This document shows positions 29,149 through 40,040 of a stretch of 64,000 nt of DNA, piece after piece; the first letter of the stretch is position 1; every line of letters begins with the position of its first letter. The notes under the pieces were generated by a model. It searched no databases. It was not told where the DNA came from and worked only from the letters and a program-made list of their open reading frames with translations. Both the position numbers and the translations under genes were made by a program. The stretch comes from Oscillospiraceae bacterium (GTDB taxonomy: Bacteria; Bacillota; Clostridia; Oscillospirales; JAAYOS01): positions 4,986-68,985 of the forward strand of contig JAISEG010000009.1 in the NCBI GenBank assembly GCA_031264245.1, in the 5' to 3' direction.

Positions 29149-30388
29149 CGAGATATACAACGCGGGAATGACCCTTGCCTGGGTCAGCGCCGCCATGATA
29201 CTTATTCAGAAGCTTCTCCTGACGCGCTTCCCCGCGTGGACGGGTCTGCTCTGTATGCTCCCCTGCCTGCTCGCGTATCCCTCGGGACGGCTTATGCACC
29301 GCTTTAAACCAAAGGCCGCCATTCCCGCCGGCGCGGTTCTCTCCGCCCTGCTCGTCATCCTTCCGCTGAGCGCGGTACGCGTACATGACCTTTATTTTTA
29401 CATCCTTATACCCCTGCTGCTTTCGGGAACCTTCGTTTTATACGTCATACCCTATATTTCAGGCTCGAACCTTATGAGCGGAACCCGCTTTTTGTGCGGC
29501 GGGGCGGTCATGCTGCTTGCCGCCGTGATTAAAGGAGAGAACCCGAGCCACGGCGTCTATGCCGCCTATTTGAACACGGGCGCGGTAATATACATTGTTC
29601 TGGGGCTGTTTCTTTTTAACAACGAGAGCCTTTTGTACGCCGCCTCCCCCGGCGGAAGGACGGCGCGGATGCCCGCCGGTATGCGCCGCAGCAACTTTAT
29701 AATCGTTGCACTGTTCATTGCTTTGGCGTTCGCGGTGGCAAATTTTGAGGCTCTGCGCATCTTTGTCATTGACGTTATCGCGTTTATGCTGTCGCTTTTC
29801 TTCTGGATATTAAGCCTTTTCGGAGGCTCGGAGGGAGACGGCGAAATGTCCGGCAGCAGCAATATAGATTTGGGCGGGGAGGCGAATCCCTCCGGCTGGT
29901 TTGTTGAGCTTCTCTACACGGTTATAAAAGCGGCGGCTATCACGGCGTTTGCGGCGCTTATCATATATATCCTATATAAGGCTATCAGGCAGGCGTCGAC
30001 GCTCATCAGGGGCTTCTTCGACAGGATGTCCCCCGCCGGAGACATGGGCTATATAGACGAAATAGAGGACCTGCGCGAGGAGGACAAGGCGGAGGGCGGC
30101 TTCTTCCGCCGTCTTTTCCAAAACTTCATTCGCCCGAAGCGCTTTGAGGACATGCCGGACAACCGCGCGAAGGTGCGTTTCGCGTACAAAACCATGCTCA
30201 AACGCCTCTCGAAGGAAAACAGGCGGGTTCTCACCTCCACACCAAACGAAACCCTCCCCGAAGCCGAACAAATATCCCAGCAGCTGGGCGCCGGGTTTAT
30301 CGACTCGTACAACAAAGCGCGGTACTCGCAGGCGGAGGTAACAGACAAGGAGACCGGAGAGGCAAAGGAGATGTATAAGCTGCTTTGA
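29126..30388 (+). CDS. polytopic membrane protein with DUF4129-like C-terminal domain
   Basis: Start ATG 29126 (AAGGAG RBS) overlaps DUF58 gene end; multi-TM N-terminus, basic C-terminal domain typical of third gene in MoxR-DUF58 operons. Confidence 0.6.
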   Translation: MKKKRLFNEIYNAGMTLAWVSAAMILIQKLLLTRFPAWTGLLCMLPCLLAYPSGRLMHRFKPKAAIPAGAVLSALLVILPLSAVRVHDLYFYILIPLLLSGTFVLYVIPYISGSNLMSGTRFLCGGAVMLLAAVIKGENPSHGVYAAYLNTGAVIYIVLGLFLFNNESLLYAASPGGRTARMPAGMRRSNFIIVALFIALAFAVANFEALRIFVIDVIAFMLSLFFWILSLFGGSEGDGEMSGSSNIDLGGEANPSGWFVELLYTVIKAAAITAFAALIIYILYKAIRQASTLIRGFFDRMSPAGDMGYIDEIEDLREEDKAEGGFFRRLFQNFIRPKRFEDMPDNRAKVRFAYKTMLKRLSKENRRVLTSTPNETLPEAEQISQQLGAGFIDSYNKARYSQAEVTDKETGEAKEMYKLL

Positions 30389-30426
30389 CCGCTCCTGCTG
30401 TGCGGGATAGGGGCGCGATCGTCGTA

Positions 30427-30455
30427 TTGACAGACGCAAATCCCCATGGTATAAT
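30427..30455 (+). promoter_or_regulatory. sigma-A-type promoter (TTGACA-17-TATAAT) for nfeD-flotillin operon
   Basis: TTGACAgacgcaaatccccatggTATAAT, ~60 bp upstream of the nfeD start. Confidence 0.55.
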
Positions 30456-30512
30456 AAAGGTAAATAATAATTACTTCAATAGGATATGCCAGTTTGATTT
30501 TGAAAGGGGTGT

Positions 30513-31202
30513 ATGCGTGTGCTCGCTTGGTTTGAATCGCTTTCGGTTTTAGAGCAAATTTTCTTCTACATTGCCCTCCCGTCAACGATAATACTTTTTA
30601 TCCAGACAATTATGCTGTTCTTTGGGGATATGGGACACGGTCAGGGCGATATGGACATGGACTCCGACACCTCCGGTCTGGATATCGAAACGGGGGAGGT
30701 CCACTTCGAGTCCGCGGGCGATGTTCTGTCCTCGGATTTGGACGACGTCACCGACTCGGACTCCGGCTCGCTTGACAGCTATGGGCTGCGTTTCTTTACG
30801 GTTCGGGGGATCATCGCTTTTTTAACGGTCGCCGGCTGGACGGGGATATGCTGCCTTGAGTTCGGCGGAAACCAGGGGCTCTCAATACTTATATCGGTGA
30901 TCTTCGGCGCCGCCGCCATGATAGGCATCGCTTACCTTGTCCGCGCGCTTATGGGTCTGCAAATCAACACGAACATAGATTACAAAAACGCGCTGGGGCT
31001 TGTCGGCGACGTCTACCTCACCATACCGGCAAACGGGCATGGCTCCGGCAAGGTGTCCCTCCCCCTCGGAGGGGCGCTGTCCCAGTACGACGCCATAACC
31101 CATGAGCGGAATGTGATAAAAACAGGCGAGCTTGTCCGGGTCACCGACATTGTCACCGGCAGCATCATGGTCGTCGAACGGGAAAGCGACGGCGCGGTAT
31201 AG
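30513..31202 (+). CDS. NfeD-like membrane protein (YqiJ/NfeD short form) with C-terminal OB-fold
   Basis: 229 aa; TM segments, acidic linker, C-terminal NfeD beta-barrel; precedes flotillin gene. Confidence 0.7.
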   Translation: MRVLAWFESLSVLEQIFFYIALPSTIILFIQTIMLFFGDMGHGQGDMDMDSDTSGLDIETGEVHFESAGDVLSSDLDDVTDSDSGSLDSYGLRFFTVRGIIAFLTVAGWTGICCLEFGGNQGLSILISVIFGAAAMIGIAYLVRALMGLQINTNIDYKNALGLVGDVYLTIPANGHGSGKVSLPLGGALSQYDAITHERNVIKTGELVRVTDIVTGSIMVVERESDGAV

Positions 31203-31241
31203 CATTATTTACATATTTGCAGGCGCGATCTAATTTATAAT

Positions 31242-32747
31242 ATGGAGGCAACTATGACTTTACTTGGAAAAAACTTATTCCTCAGCTCAGGTCTGGGGTC
31301 GGGCACCTTTCTCATAATATGGATAGCCGTCATCCTCGTCGTGTTCTTCGGTGTCTTAGCCGCGATATTGTCCCGGTACCGCAAGTGCCCTTCGGACAAA
31401 ATCATGGTCATCTACGGACGCATAGGCTCGGAGAAGGGATCGTCCGCGGGCTACAGCGCCGCAAAGTGCCTCCATGGCGGAGCTACGTTTATCTGGCCTG
31501 TGATTCAGGCGTACCAGTATCTTGACCTCACACCCATCTCCATCAGCGTCGATTTGAGGAGCGCTCTGTCCAGGCAGAATATACGTATCGACGTGCCCAG
31601 CAAATTTACCGTCGGCATCTCCACCGAGCCCAGCGTCATGCAAAACGCGGCGGAAAGGCTGTTGGGCCTGAAGCTCGCGGAGGTGCAGGAGCTTGCCCGG
31701 GACATCATATTCGGACAGCTCCGCCTTGTCATCGCCACAATGGACATCGAGGAGATAAACACCGACCGCGACAAATTCCTCTCCGCCGTTTCCAGCAACG
31801 TCGAGGGCGAGCTCAAGAAAATCGGGCTGCGGCTCATAAACGTCAACATGACAGATATCACCGACGAATCCGGGTACATATCGGCTCTGGGTAAGGAAGC
31901 GGCCGCAAAGGCGATAAACGACGCGAAAATCAGCGTCGCCGAAAAGGACAGGGACGGCAATATCGGCGCCGCCAACGCCGAGAAGGATCAGCGCATACAG
32001 GTTTCCAGCGCGAACTCCGACGCGGTAAAGGGAGAAAACGAAGCAAAGATCGTTGTAGCCAAATCAGATTCACTGCGGCGCGAAAGCGAAGCCGAAGCGG
32101 GCAGGAAGGCCATCACGGCGGAGCGGGTTGCGGAGGCGAAGGCCCTTGAGGAGTCGTACGCGGCGCAGCAGGAGGCGGAAAAGGCGCGGGCGCTCAGAGA
32201 AGAAGCCACAATGGAAGCGGACGTCATCATCAAGGCGGAGATCGAAAAGCGCCGCATGGAAATCGACGCCGAGGCTGAGGCCGAGAGGATAAGACGGCAC
32301 GCCCGGGGCGACGCGGACGCGATATACGCGCGGATGGAGGCTCAGGCCAGAGGCGTAGAGGAAATGCTGGTGCGCCAGGCCAAGGGACTTTCCAAGATTG
32401 TCGAGGCGGCGGGCGGCGACGCGGATTCGGCCGTCAAGATGATGATTGCGGATAAGCTCGAGGAGCTTGTCAAAACCCAGGTCGAGGCGATCAGCAACCT
32501 CAAAATAGACAAGGTGACCGTGTGGGACGGCGGAAACACGGCGGACGGCGGCAAAAGCTCGACGGCGAACTTCGCGTCCGGGCTGCTCAAGTCCCTTCCC
32601 CCGCTCAACGACCTCTTTGAAATGGCGGGGCTTTCCCTCCCCGGCATAATCTCGGTTACAGGCGACAAGGCGCGGGATAAGTCATACGGCACGGAAATAA
32701 GCGAGGCGGCTCCTGCCGTGATACCAGAAGCTACGGATAACGCTTAA
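31242..32747 (+). CDS. floT: flotillin-like SPFH/band-7 protein (FloT/YqiK-like)
   Basis: 501 aa; N-terminal TM, SPFH domain, long EA-rich coiled-coil. Confidence 0.85.
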   Translation: MEATMTLLGKNLFLSSGLGSGTFLIIWIAVILVVFFGVLAAILSRYRKCPSDKIMVIYGRIGSEKGSSAGYSAAKCLHGGATFIWPVIQAYQYLDLTPISISVDLRSALSRQNIRIDVPSKFTVGISTEPSVMQNAAERLLGLKLAEVQELARDIIFGQLRLVIATMDIEEINTDRDKFLSAVSSNVEGELKKIGLRLINVNMTDITDESGYISALGKEAAAKAINDAKISVAEKDRDGNIGAANAEKDQRIQVSSANSDAVKGENEAKIVVAKSDSLRRESEAEAGRKAITAERVAEAKALEESYAAQQEAEKARALREEATMEADVIIKAEIEKRRMEIDAEAEAERIRRHARGDADAIYARMEAQARGVEEMLVRQAKGLSKIVEAAGGDADSAVKMMIADKLEELVKTQVEAISNLKIDKVTVWDGGNTADGGKSSTANFASGLLKSLPPLNDLFEMAGLSLPGIISVTGDKARDKSYGTEISEAAPAVIPEATDNA

Positions 32748-32822
32748 CAGTTAATTTAATCAAAAAATTGTGTCCATTCCTTCAGAATGGACACAATTTT
32801 TTATGACAAATTTGGTTCTATC

Positions 32823-33951
32823 CTAAAACATCGACTTAATTTCACACGCGATCTCCCCGATCAGATCCTCCGCCTGGGGAAGCACCCCCAGCATATCGAT
32901 AAACGCGTGACCGACTCCCCTGTACCGCAGCACCCGCACATCCACCCCCGCGTCCTTAAGCTGCCTGCCGTAGACCTCACCGGATATCCGAAGTCCGTCA
33001 AATTCCGCCACTGCGATAAGCGCGCGGCACAGTCCCCTCTTGTCGGCGAGCATGGGACTTATATACGGATGCCCGGGGTCTCCGCCGCCGGACAGGTACA
33101 GGCGTTCCATAAGGTTGATGCCGCCGCCGCCGTCCTCCGCCGGACGCCCGAGGCTCAGCCCCGGTTCTATCATGAAGCGCTGCGTATCGTCGATCTCGTA
33201 GTCGTCCATTGTCCAGTTGAAGCCCTCAATGCCGTCATGCACAAAGGTGACCGCGGGATAGATGAGCGCCTGGAGCTTGAGCATATTTTTGCCCTCGTCG
33301 CGGTCGCGCAAAGCCACCGCCGCCGTCAGATTTCCGCCCGCGCTGTCCCCGCCCATACACAGCTTATCCTTGTCGACCCCGAATTTTTCGGCGTTGCCAT
33401 ATATGTACTCCAGCGCGCCGAAGCAGTCGTTAAACCCGTTTGGATACGGCTTTTCCGGCGCGAGTGAGTAGTCAATGTTGAAAACTACGCAGTCGGCGCG
33501 CTCCGCCAGCAGCTTGCACGGATTTTCAAGGGTAAATGTAGCTCCGCCGATCCATCCGCCGCCATGAATATAGATGAAGCCGGGACGTCCGGTCTTGCGC
33601 AGCGGTCTTCTGGGGCGGTAGCTCCAGATACCCACCTCGTTGCCGTTTAAGTTTATGGTCTCGTATTTTGTGATTATCTCGACAGTGTTCAGGTTCAGAT
33701 TCGGGAAGCCCATCATGTCTCGCATTGCCTGGATCGGGTCTCCGCCGGACATAGCGTTCTGAGCCGTGTTCTTCGCGTAAGCTTCGGCGCTGGCTTTGGA
33801 CAGTTCGTACTGACGCGGGTCAAATACCCCGGGCTTGTTTTCGTCGGGTATGGACTTCACCTGTATACTGATACCGTATTTTTCTATGAAGGTTTTCTCG
33901 TTTTTCAGGATTTCGGAAAGCTTCGGATCATATTTCAGCACAGTAAGACAG
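32823..33951 (-). CDS. alpha/beta-hydrolase fold-3 esterase/lipase
   Basis: HGGGW oxyanion motif and GDSAGG nucleophile elbow; ORF 32823..34061 trimmed to GTG 33951 (GAAGGGAG RBS) because the N-terminal extension runs into the M-family repeat. Confidence 0.7.
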
Positions 33952-34015
33952 CTCCCTTCAGAGGCGTGTAAATTTAAATAACCGCGAAACGATCGGCAAA
34001 TTACCTGCGGTAAGT

Positions 34016-34190
34016 AAACGCTGATTAATGTGCTTCTGCCACACCCGAACGGCTCCCGCAATGGCTCCCGTAAACGGCTCCCGCAGGAGACGTTGGAGAC
34101 GTTGGAGACGTTGGAGACGTTGGAGATAATGGAGACAATGTTAAGGCTTTCAGGTGTGTGAGAAGCACGCGCAGGTAATTAATCAGCGTT
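34016..34190. repeat. M-family TIR miniature element copy 1 (AAACGCTGATTAAT...ATTAATCAGCGTT) with 4x GACGTTGGAGAC tandem repeat
   Basis: 175 bp; homologous copies at 57234-57375 (1.5 units) and 63507-63609 (0 units). Confidence 0.8.
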
Positions 34191-34204
34191 CACTTAAAAA
34201 ATCC

Positions 34205-35902
34205 CTACAGGGTTGCGTCAAAACACCCGCAGAACGGATCGACGGGGCTCTTTCCCTTAAATTCTGATTTACCGGTTATCTTGTCCAGCGCCGCGGGTAT
34301 GACATACTTGTTGTTCGTATAGGCGTTTACCATAGCGCTCACCTGCGGAACATCGAAAAGATGGTATGGGTTTGCGAAGCTCACCGCCATGGTCGGCACC
34401 TCCGCCGAGAACCACGGTGTGCTGCCGCCCATAAGCCCGCCCTTCCAAATGAGGCGGATAACGGTGTTGTTTGAGGCGGTTGGGAAGTCGAAGGCGAAGA
34501 TGGCGAGGTCGATAGAGCTTTTAAAGTCAGCAACTGTAACAGGCTTGTCGGTAAAGCCTCCGGCAGGCGGTTCGACGATTTCAAAGCCGCGCGCTTCGAA
34601 CTCCTTCTTAAGCGTATCCTCAAGTCCTGTAGTCGCGCCAAAATAGTCGCCGCCTTCGCTGACGAAAAGCGCGACACGCTTATATTTTTCAGGTGTGACC
34701 GGCAGTATGCCGCCCGTGTCCTTGACAAGGGTTACGGCTTTATCCGCGCATTCGCGCGCCCACGCTGTAAATTTATCGTTTCCAAGGATGTCAAGGGCTT
34801 CCGGTCCCGGCACCAGAGTTCCGTTTGCGGCTTTGACGTGAAGCCCGAGCGACGCCTTTACCCCCAGTATACGCAGAAGGGCGTCCCGCAGGCGTTCTTC
34901 CGTGATAACGCCGTTTTTGTAGCCGTCCAGCATGTATTCGTAGTCCTCGTCAAAGCTCTTGTTGAAGAGGAACATGTCCACTCCGGTTGAAATCGAGTAG
35001 GGTACGGCGTCCCTGCGCGGCATCGCGCAGGTGAAGCCCAGCATCGGGGTCGCATCGGTGACGACAAGCCCGTTGAAGCCCAGCTCCCCGCGGAGAAGCC
35101 CGCTCATAAGCTCCTTTGAAAGGGTGGCGGGCAGGTGCGCCTCCTTCTCGGTGAGGGCGGGATTGAGCTTTTTTGCCCAGTCCGGCTGCGCTATATGCGC
35201 GACCATGACGGTCTTTGCTCCCTTGTCGATAAGTCCCTTATAGACCATTCCGTAGGTCGCCGTCCACTCGTCCGCCGAAAGTGAGTTTACGGTGGTATGT
35301 AAATGCTGGTCGCGCTCGTCAACTCCGTCGCCCGGGAAGTGCTTTATCGAGACGGCAAGTCCCGCTTCGTCCGCGCCCCTCATGTAGGCGGCTCCCATGG
35401 CGAGTACCCGCTTCGGGTCTGAGCCGAAGGTGCGCAGGTTGGTTATCGGGTTTCTCCAGTTCATGTCGATGTCAACGATCGGCGCAAAGGACCAGTTGCA
35501 GCCGACGGCCGCTCCCTCGGAGCAGGAGATATATCCTAAGCGGTAAGCCTGCTCCGGGTCGTCTGTCGCGGCAACCTGCAACGGCTTTGCGAAATCTGTT
35601 CCGTCCGCCGCCACACCTGTCCCGCCCGCCTCAAGGTTTGCGGCGAGCAAAAGAGGTATCTTCGCGTTTGCCTGGAGGAAACGGTGGTTTTTTTGCGTCT
35701 CCGCGCCGGGACCGGAACGGTACATCATGCCTCCGATGCCTTTGTCAAGCATCCCCTTGAGGACATTTTCGTCGGTTGTAAAGCCGACGGGACAGAATAG
35801 CTGCCCGATTTTTTCCTCAACGGTCATTGACGCGATGGTATCCTCGACCCACTTTACGCCTTCGTCATCGAGAAAAAAGGGATTTGCTCTGAGGTTAACC
35901 AT
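34205..35902 (-). CDS. glycoside hydrolase family 3 (beta-N-acetylhexosaminidase/beta-glucosidase-like)
   Basis: 565 aa; GH3 N-terminal catalytic region (KHFPGDGVDERDQH) and C-terminal GH3 domain. Confidence 0.8.
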   Translation of the reverse strand: MVNLRANPFFLDDEGVKWVEDTIASMTVEEKIGQLFCPVGFTTDENVLKGMLDKGIGGMMYRSGPGAETQKNHRFLQANAKIPLLLAANLEAGGTGVAADGTDFAKPLQVAATDDPEQAYRLGYISCSEGAAVGCNWSFAPIVDIDMNWRNPITNLRTFGSDPKRVLAMGAAYMRGADEAGLAVSIKHFPGDGVDERDQHLHTTVNSLSADEWTATYGMVYKGLIDKGAKTVMVAHIAQPDWAKKLNPALTEKEAHLPATLSKELMSGLLRGELGFNGLVVTDATPMLGFTCAMPRRDAVPYSISTGVDMFLFNKSFDEDYEYMLDGYKNGVITEERLRDALLRILGVKASLGLHVKAANGTLVPGPEALDILGNDKFTAWARECADKAVTLVKDTGGILPVTPEKYKRVALFVSEGGDYFGATTGLEDTLKKEFEARGFEIVEPPAGGFTDKPVTVADFKSSIDLAIFAFDFPTASNNTVIRLIWKGGLMGGSTPWFSAEVPTMAVSFANPYHLFDVPQVSAMVNAYTNNKYVIPAALDKITGKSEFKGKSPVDPFCGCFDATL

Positions 35903-35960
35903 AATCTTGTCTCCTTTTCATTCTTTATTTACATCGATTATTTTACAGCGAATTGTTTAG

Positions 35961-36608
35961 TTATTTCAGAAGCTTGTCAAGATCAAGCCGGGCAAGGTCC
36001 GGAATGCAAACCCCCGCGCCGGGCAGGTTCTTCTCCTCACCGATACCGACTACATATATGCCCTCGGCGTTTCCCGCCTGCACCCCCGCCAGGGAATCCT
36101 CGAATATGACCGCTTCCTCCCGTGTGACGCCAAGCTCCGCAGCCGCCATCAGGAACACCTGCGGGTCCGGCTTCGCTTTGGAGGCTCTGTTGCCGTCCAC
36201 AATGGAGTCAAAATATGAAGCTATTCCCAGCCGGGCAAGTATTGTCATGGTGTTTTTACTGGCGGAGCAGATGGCGCATTTGACGCCGCGCCTTTTCGCT
36301 TCCTTCAGCGTGTCCAGCGCTCCGGGCAGCAGCTCGCTTTCATCCAGCTCCGCGAGATACTCCACATACCAGCCGTTTTTCCGCGCCGCGTACGAGACCA
36401 TCTCATCCTCACTGAGGCTGAGACCGCCCCACCCGGCTAAAAGCTCCATACATTTCGCGCGGCTTACACCCTTGAACGCCTCATTTTTTTCTTCGTCAAA
36501 GAAGACGCCCAGCTCGTCGGCAAGGCGTTTCCACGCGAGGTAGTGATACTTTGCCGTATCGACGATAACACCGTCGAGATCAAATAAAAATGCCTTATAA
36601 TTTCCCAC
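35961..36608 (-). CDS. pgmB: beta-phosphoglucomutase (HAD superfamily)
   Basis: 215 aa; FDLDGVIVDT motif I, HAD motifs II-IV; PgmB-like length. Confidence 0.75.
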   Translation of the reverse strand: MGNYKAFLFDLDGVIVDTAKYHYLAWKRLADELGVFFDEEKNEAFKGVSRAKCMELLAGWGGLSLSEDEMVSYAARKNGWYVEYLAELDESELLPGALDTLKEAKRRGVKCAICSASKNTMTILARLGIASYFDSIVDGNRASKAKPDPQVFLMAAAELGVTREEAVIFEDSLAGVQAGNAEGIYVVGIGEEKNLPGAGVCIPDLARLDLDKLLK

Positions 36609-36732
36609 CTGCTATCCTCCCAAGGTTATTCAAACGTATTGCAATTTGTCTGTTATTCTACTCTTGTGAACAAAAAATGTCAATAGACAAAACATAATGT
36701 GTTCCACTTACATTTTTGTTTTTCTAACCAGG

Positions 36733-36755
36733 GTGTGTTCGATAATCGAACACAC
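36733..36755. promoter_or_regulatory. perfect palindrome GTGTGTTCGA-taa-TCGAACACAC in pgmB/araC divergent region (candidate operator)
   Basis: Seen directly; 10-bp arms. Confidence 0.4.
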
Positions 36756-37002
36756 ACTAATCAGAACGAGTCGGCGGCGGCGTCCGCCTGCTTGACAGCC
36801 TTTTGCATCTATGATAATTTTAGATAAACGCTGAGCGTTGCCTCCGTAGGGCGCGGTGTCCTCACCGCGCCACCGAAATCCACTAATTTGCGTATCGCGG
36901 CGCGATGCGGGCATCGCGTCCTGCAAATGGACGTGAAAAACACCCGCCGACTGCATTCACATCAATTTAACAAAATAGCGTTACAGGAAAGAGGGTGACA
37001 TT

Positions 37003-38112
37003 ATGACACTCGGTGAGCTTGACAGTATGCTGCGCAGATACAGAAGCGACGAAGCGTTTTTGCTGGAATCGCGCAATGCGCCCGAATGGGAAGCCGGAGC
37101 CAAGAGACATCATATGGGCATAGACGCCGGTTCCGAGGGCTTGACATGGGATGGCACTCCTCAGCTTTACTACTCCAATTGGGACGACACCTCAAAAATC
37201 GCGGTCGACTTTGAACAAATCAACCTGGGGGAGATTATGATCACAGCTTTAAAGGAAAAGCTCCCCTCCCTGCACGCGGAGAAGTATGGCGTCAAAAGCT
37301 GGATGAACATACAGAAGCACGGACGCTTCAGCGCCGTCGCCAGCCACCGCCATTCCTTTATCGAGATGAACTACATGTACTCGGGGGTGTGTACAAACGT
37401 TGTAGACGGAAATGCGATCCGGATGTCCGCCGGCGACCTTATCATCATGAAGCCGGGCAGCGCCCATATGTTGCCGGCGACAGGCGAGGACGACCTTCTT
37501 ATCAATATCATCCTGCTTCCCCATGCGGCGGCTTCCTTTTTAAACAGTATCCTTGTCGGCAAGGGGGATCTTTCCGCCTTCCTTGTCGACGCGGTCTACG
37601 GCGACGTCAGGGTTTCGAGCTACCTCTATCTAAAGCTCGGCGGCTTTCCTCACATAACCGATACGATAAACCGTCTCATGTGCGAATACTTTGACTCCGG
37701 GCAGCCCTCGGCGGAGGAGCTTGCCCGCGGATATCTGCACAACATGTTCGCCCTGATTCTGCGGGAGAGCGCGCTAAACCCGGAAATCGCAAGCTATTCC
37801 AGACCGTCCGACCCGCATATCGCCGAAATTATCATGTACATTCAGGAAAACTGCGTCTCCTGCACCCGCCAGTCCCTCGCGGCGCACTTCGGCTACAGCG
37901 AAAGCCGGATAAGCGGCATAATTTCCAAAAGCATCGGGAAAAGCTTCCTAAAGCTCAGGAATGAATTCCGCATTGAGCGCGCGGAGCATTACCTCGCCTC
38001 CACGGCTATCCCGGTTAAGATGGTTGCGGAGGATTGCGGCTTTGTAAACATGACGCAGTTTTACAAGCTGTTCAGGGAACGCTTCGGCAGGCTTCCGCGG
38101 GAGCTGGAATAA
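37003..38112 (+). CDS. AraC-family transcriptional regulator (cupin sensor + HTH)
   Basis: 369 aa; C-terminal AraC HTH; N-terminal AraC-type ligand-binding barrel. Confidence 0.85.
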   Translation: MTLGELDSMLRRYRSDEAFLLESRNAPEWEAGAKRHHMGIDAGSEGLTWDGTPQLYYSNWDDTSKIAVDFEQINLGEIMITALKEKLPSLHAEKYGVKSWMNIQKHGRFSAVASHRHSFIEMNYMYSGVCTNVVDGNAIRMSAGDLIIMKPGSAHMLPATGEDDLLINIILLPHAAASFLNSILVGKGDLSAFLVDAVYGDVRVSSYLYLKLGGFPHITDTINRLMCEYFDSGQPSAEELARGYLHNMFALILRESALNPEIASYSRPSDPHIAEIIMYIQENCVSCTRQSLAAHFGYSESRISGIISKSIGKSFLKLRNEFRIERAEHYLASTAIPVKMVAEDCGFVNMTQFYKLFRERFGRLPRELE

Positions 38113-38240
38113 GCTGTCTGTAATTTGTTAAATTACTATATAGATTTATAGTACATATTGTTACAAAACCCAGTCATATCTGTCATTGTACAGATTATGA
38201 CCGGGTTTTATAATTTTATCAGACCAATGCCGGTCAAATT

Positions 38241-38349
38241 TATTTATAGCAATTTGCATTATCACAGACTTTAAATTGCTGAAAGAAACATTGAATATAT
38301 GCGGTTATTTTAGCAATTTATATAGTCTATGTTATGTCAAATTGCTATA
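38241..38349. promoter_or_regulatory. ~108-bp conserved upstream element R1 (AGCAATTT-N-AAATTGCT palindromes)
   Basis: Near-identical to 45893-46000; ends ~20 bp before the SBP start codon. Confidence 0.7.
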
Positions 38350-38371
38350 CACCAGGAAAGGAAAACTGAAA

Positions 38372-40030
38372 ATGAAAAAATCCAAGCTTTTCGCGCTTCT
38401 TCTCACCCTGACGCTTATTTTCGCGCTTTTTGCGGGCTGCAACAATAATGCCGGACCCTCGTCACAGCCCTCGGCCGCTCCGGCTTCCTCCGCAGCTCCC
38501 GGAACCGACGCGCCGCCGGAGGGGAACGGCAGCTTCTTCCCGCTTGCCGAGACCTTCGAATTCTCCATGTGGACCAATATTTATGACGGGAATTTAAAAT
38601 GGATGACTGATCTCAACGGTCATCCTGTTCATCAGGAGCTGGAACGCCTTACCAATGTTCATGTCAATTTTTCCCACCCAGTGCAGGGCAGCCAGAGTGA
38701 AGCCTTCAACCTCATGATTGCGACGGGAGACTATCCGGACGTGATACAAACACAATACAACCAAAGAGGAGTCGGAGAGCTGTTCTACCAGGGGCATATC
38801 ATTGACCTGGTCGGCTACATAAACGAATACATGCCAAATTACAAAGGCCTTTTGGACGCCGACTCAATGCTTCGCCGCGACGTAACGCTGGATACAGGCG
38901 AAATGGTTGCCGTTTACACGGTTGTGGATCCGATATCGGTTCCGTGGCTGGGTCTGGGTCTCCGCAGTGATTTATTAAACGAGCTTGGGCTTAAGCTGCC
39001 TGAAACAGTCAGCGATTGGGAAACCGTGCTGACCGGCTTCCGCGACCTTGGCGTTGAAAAGCCGCTGATTATTTGCCAAAACGGCTCAACCAGTTATTTT
39101 GGCGGAGGCTTTGAGCCAGCTTTCGGCGTGGGTACGCGTTTGTACCGCGACGGAGCTGCGGTAAAATACGCTCCGATCGAACCGGGCTACCGGGAGTATA
39201 TCGAAAATATGCGCGATTGGTATGGAAAAGGTCTGATAGACAGAGAATTCATGGCTCCCACCGATATGATGCAAGGAATGCTCGGGGTTACGAGTGACGC
39301 TGATTTGAATAACGGCGTAGCCGGAGCCGGCAACATGCAGTCAGACCGGCTTGCCGCCCAGCTTGTCGACGCGGGAACTACCCTTATCGAGAGCATGTAC
39401 ATAACCGGGGTTCCCTGGCCTGTGATGAACGCGGGCGATCCGCAAGACTACAGCAGAACCGCCGGTTCAGGCCGTGCAAGCACACCGTATGGCGTAACAA
39501 CCAACTGTGCCGCAGAAAAGATAGAAACTATCCTTCGCTATTTCGATTACCTCTACAGCGAGGAAACGCATCTGCTGGTCAACTACGGCATTGAGGGGGT
39601 CAGCTGGAGCTATGACGCGAATGGAGTTCCCCAGTACACCGAAATGATAAACGCGGGAGCTGCCAACGGTGTGGACGTCTTCCATCCTTACGATTACTCA
39701 ATCTTTGGTTTGCCGATCTGGTTCCTTGACAAAGAGCTGATCCAGGGCCGTCCGCAGGAAATATTGGATATGCAGATGAGTTGGGTTGTCGACCCGGACG
39801 TAAGCATGGGCGTACTGCCGACGCTTACGTTGTCCGAGGCCGAGCAGGGAACGGTGTCCAGCATACTCAACGACCTGAACACCTATGCCGACGAGATGAC
39901 GGTCAAATTTATCACAGGCGCCGAGTCTATGGACAAATATGGCAGCTTCCTCGATACCTTTGAGCGTATGGGGATCGGCCAGGTGCTTTCAGCCGAGCAG
40001 GCGGCGTACGACCGCTACCTGGCAAGATAA
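38372..40030 (+). CDS. extracellular solute-binding lipoprotein (ABC transporter family-1, carbohydrate)
   Basis: Lipoprotein signal LFAGCNNN; ORF 38276 trimmed to MKKSKLF with AGGAAAGGAA RBS; ~550 aa. Confidence 0.75.
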   Translation: MKKSKLFALLLTLTLIFALFAGCNNNAGPSSQPSAAPASSAAPGTDAPPEGNGSFFPLAETFEFSMWTNIYDGNLKWMTDLNGHPVHQELERLTNVHVNFSHPVQGSQSEAFNLMIATGDYPDVIQTQYNQRGVGELFYQGHIIDLVGYINEYMPNYKGLLDADSMLRRDVTLDTGEMVAVYTVVDPISVPWLGLGLRSDLLNELGLKLPETVSDWETVLTGFRDLGVEKPLIICQNGSTSYFGGGFEPAFGVGTRLYRDGAAVKYAPIEPGYREYIENMRDWYGKGLIDREFMAPTDMMQGMLGVTSDADLNNGVAGAGNMQSDRLAAQLVDAGTTLIESMYITGVPWPVMNAGDPQDYSRTAGSGRASTPYGVTTNCAAEKIETILRYFDYLYSEETHLLVNYGIEGVSWSYDANGVPQYTEMINAGAANGVDVFHPYDYSIFGLPIWFLDKELIQGRPQEILDMQMSWVVDPDVSMGVLPTLTLSEAEQGTVSSILNDLNTYADEMTVKFITGAESMDKYGSFLDTFERMGIGQVLSAEQAAYDRYLAR

Positions 40031-40040
40031 TCAGCAAATT

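Noticed and set aside
33952-34061. N-terminal extension of the esterase ORF to 34061
   Set aside because: The extension lies inside the M-family miniature repeat; an internal GTG with a GAAGGGAG RBS at 33951 gives a conventional esterase N-terminus.
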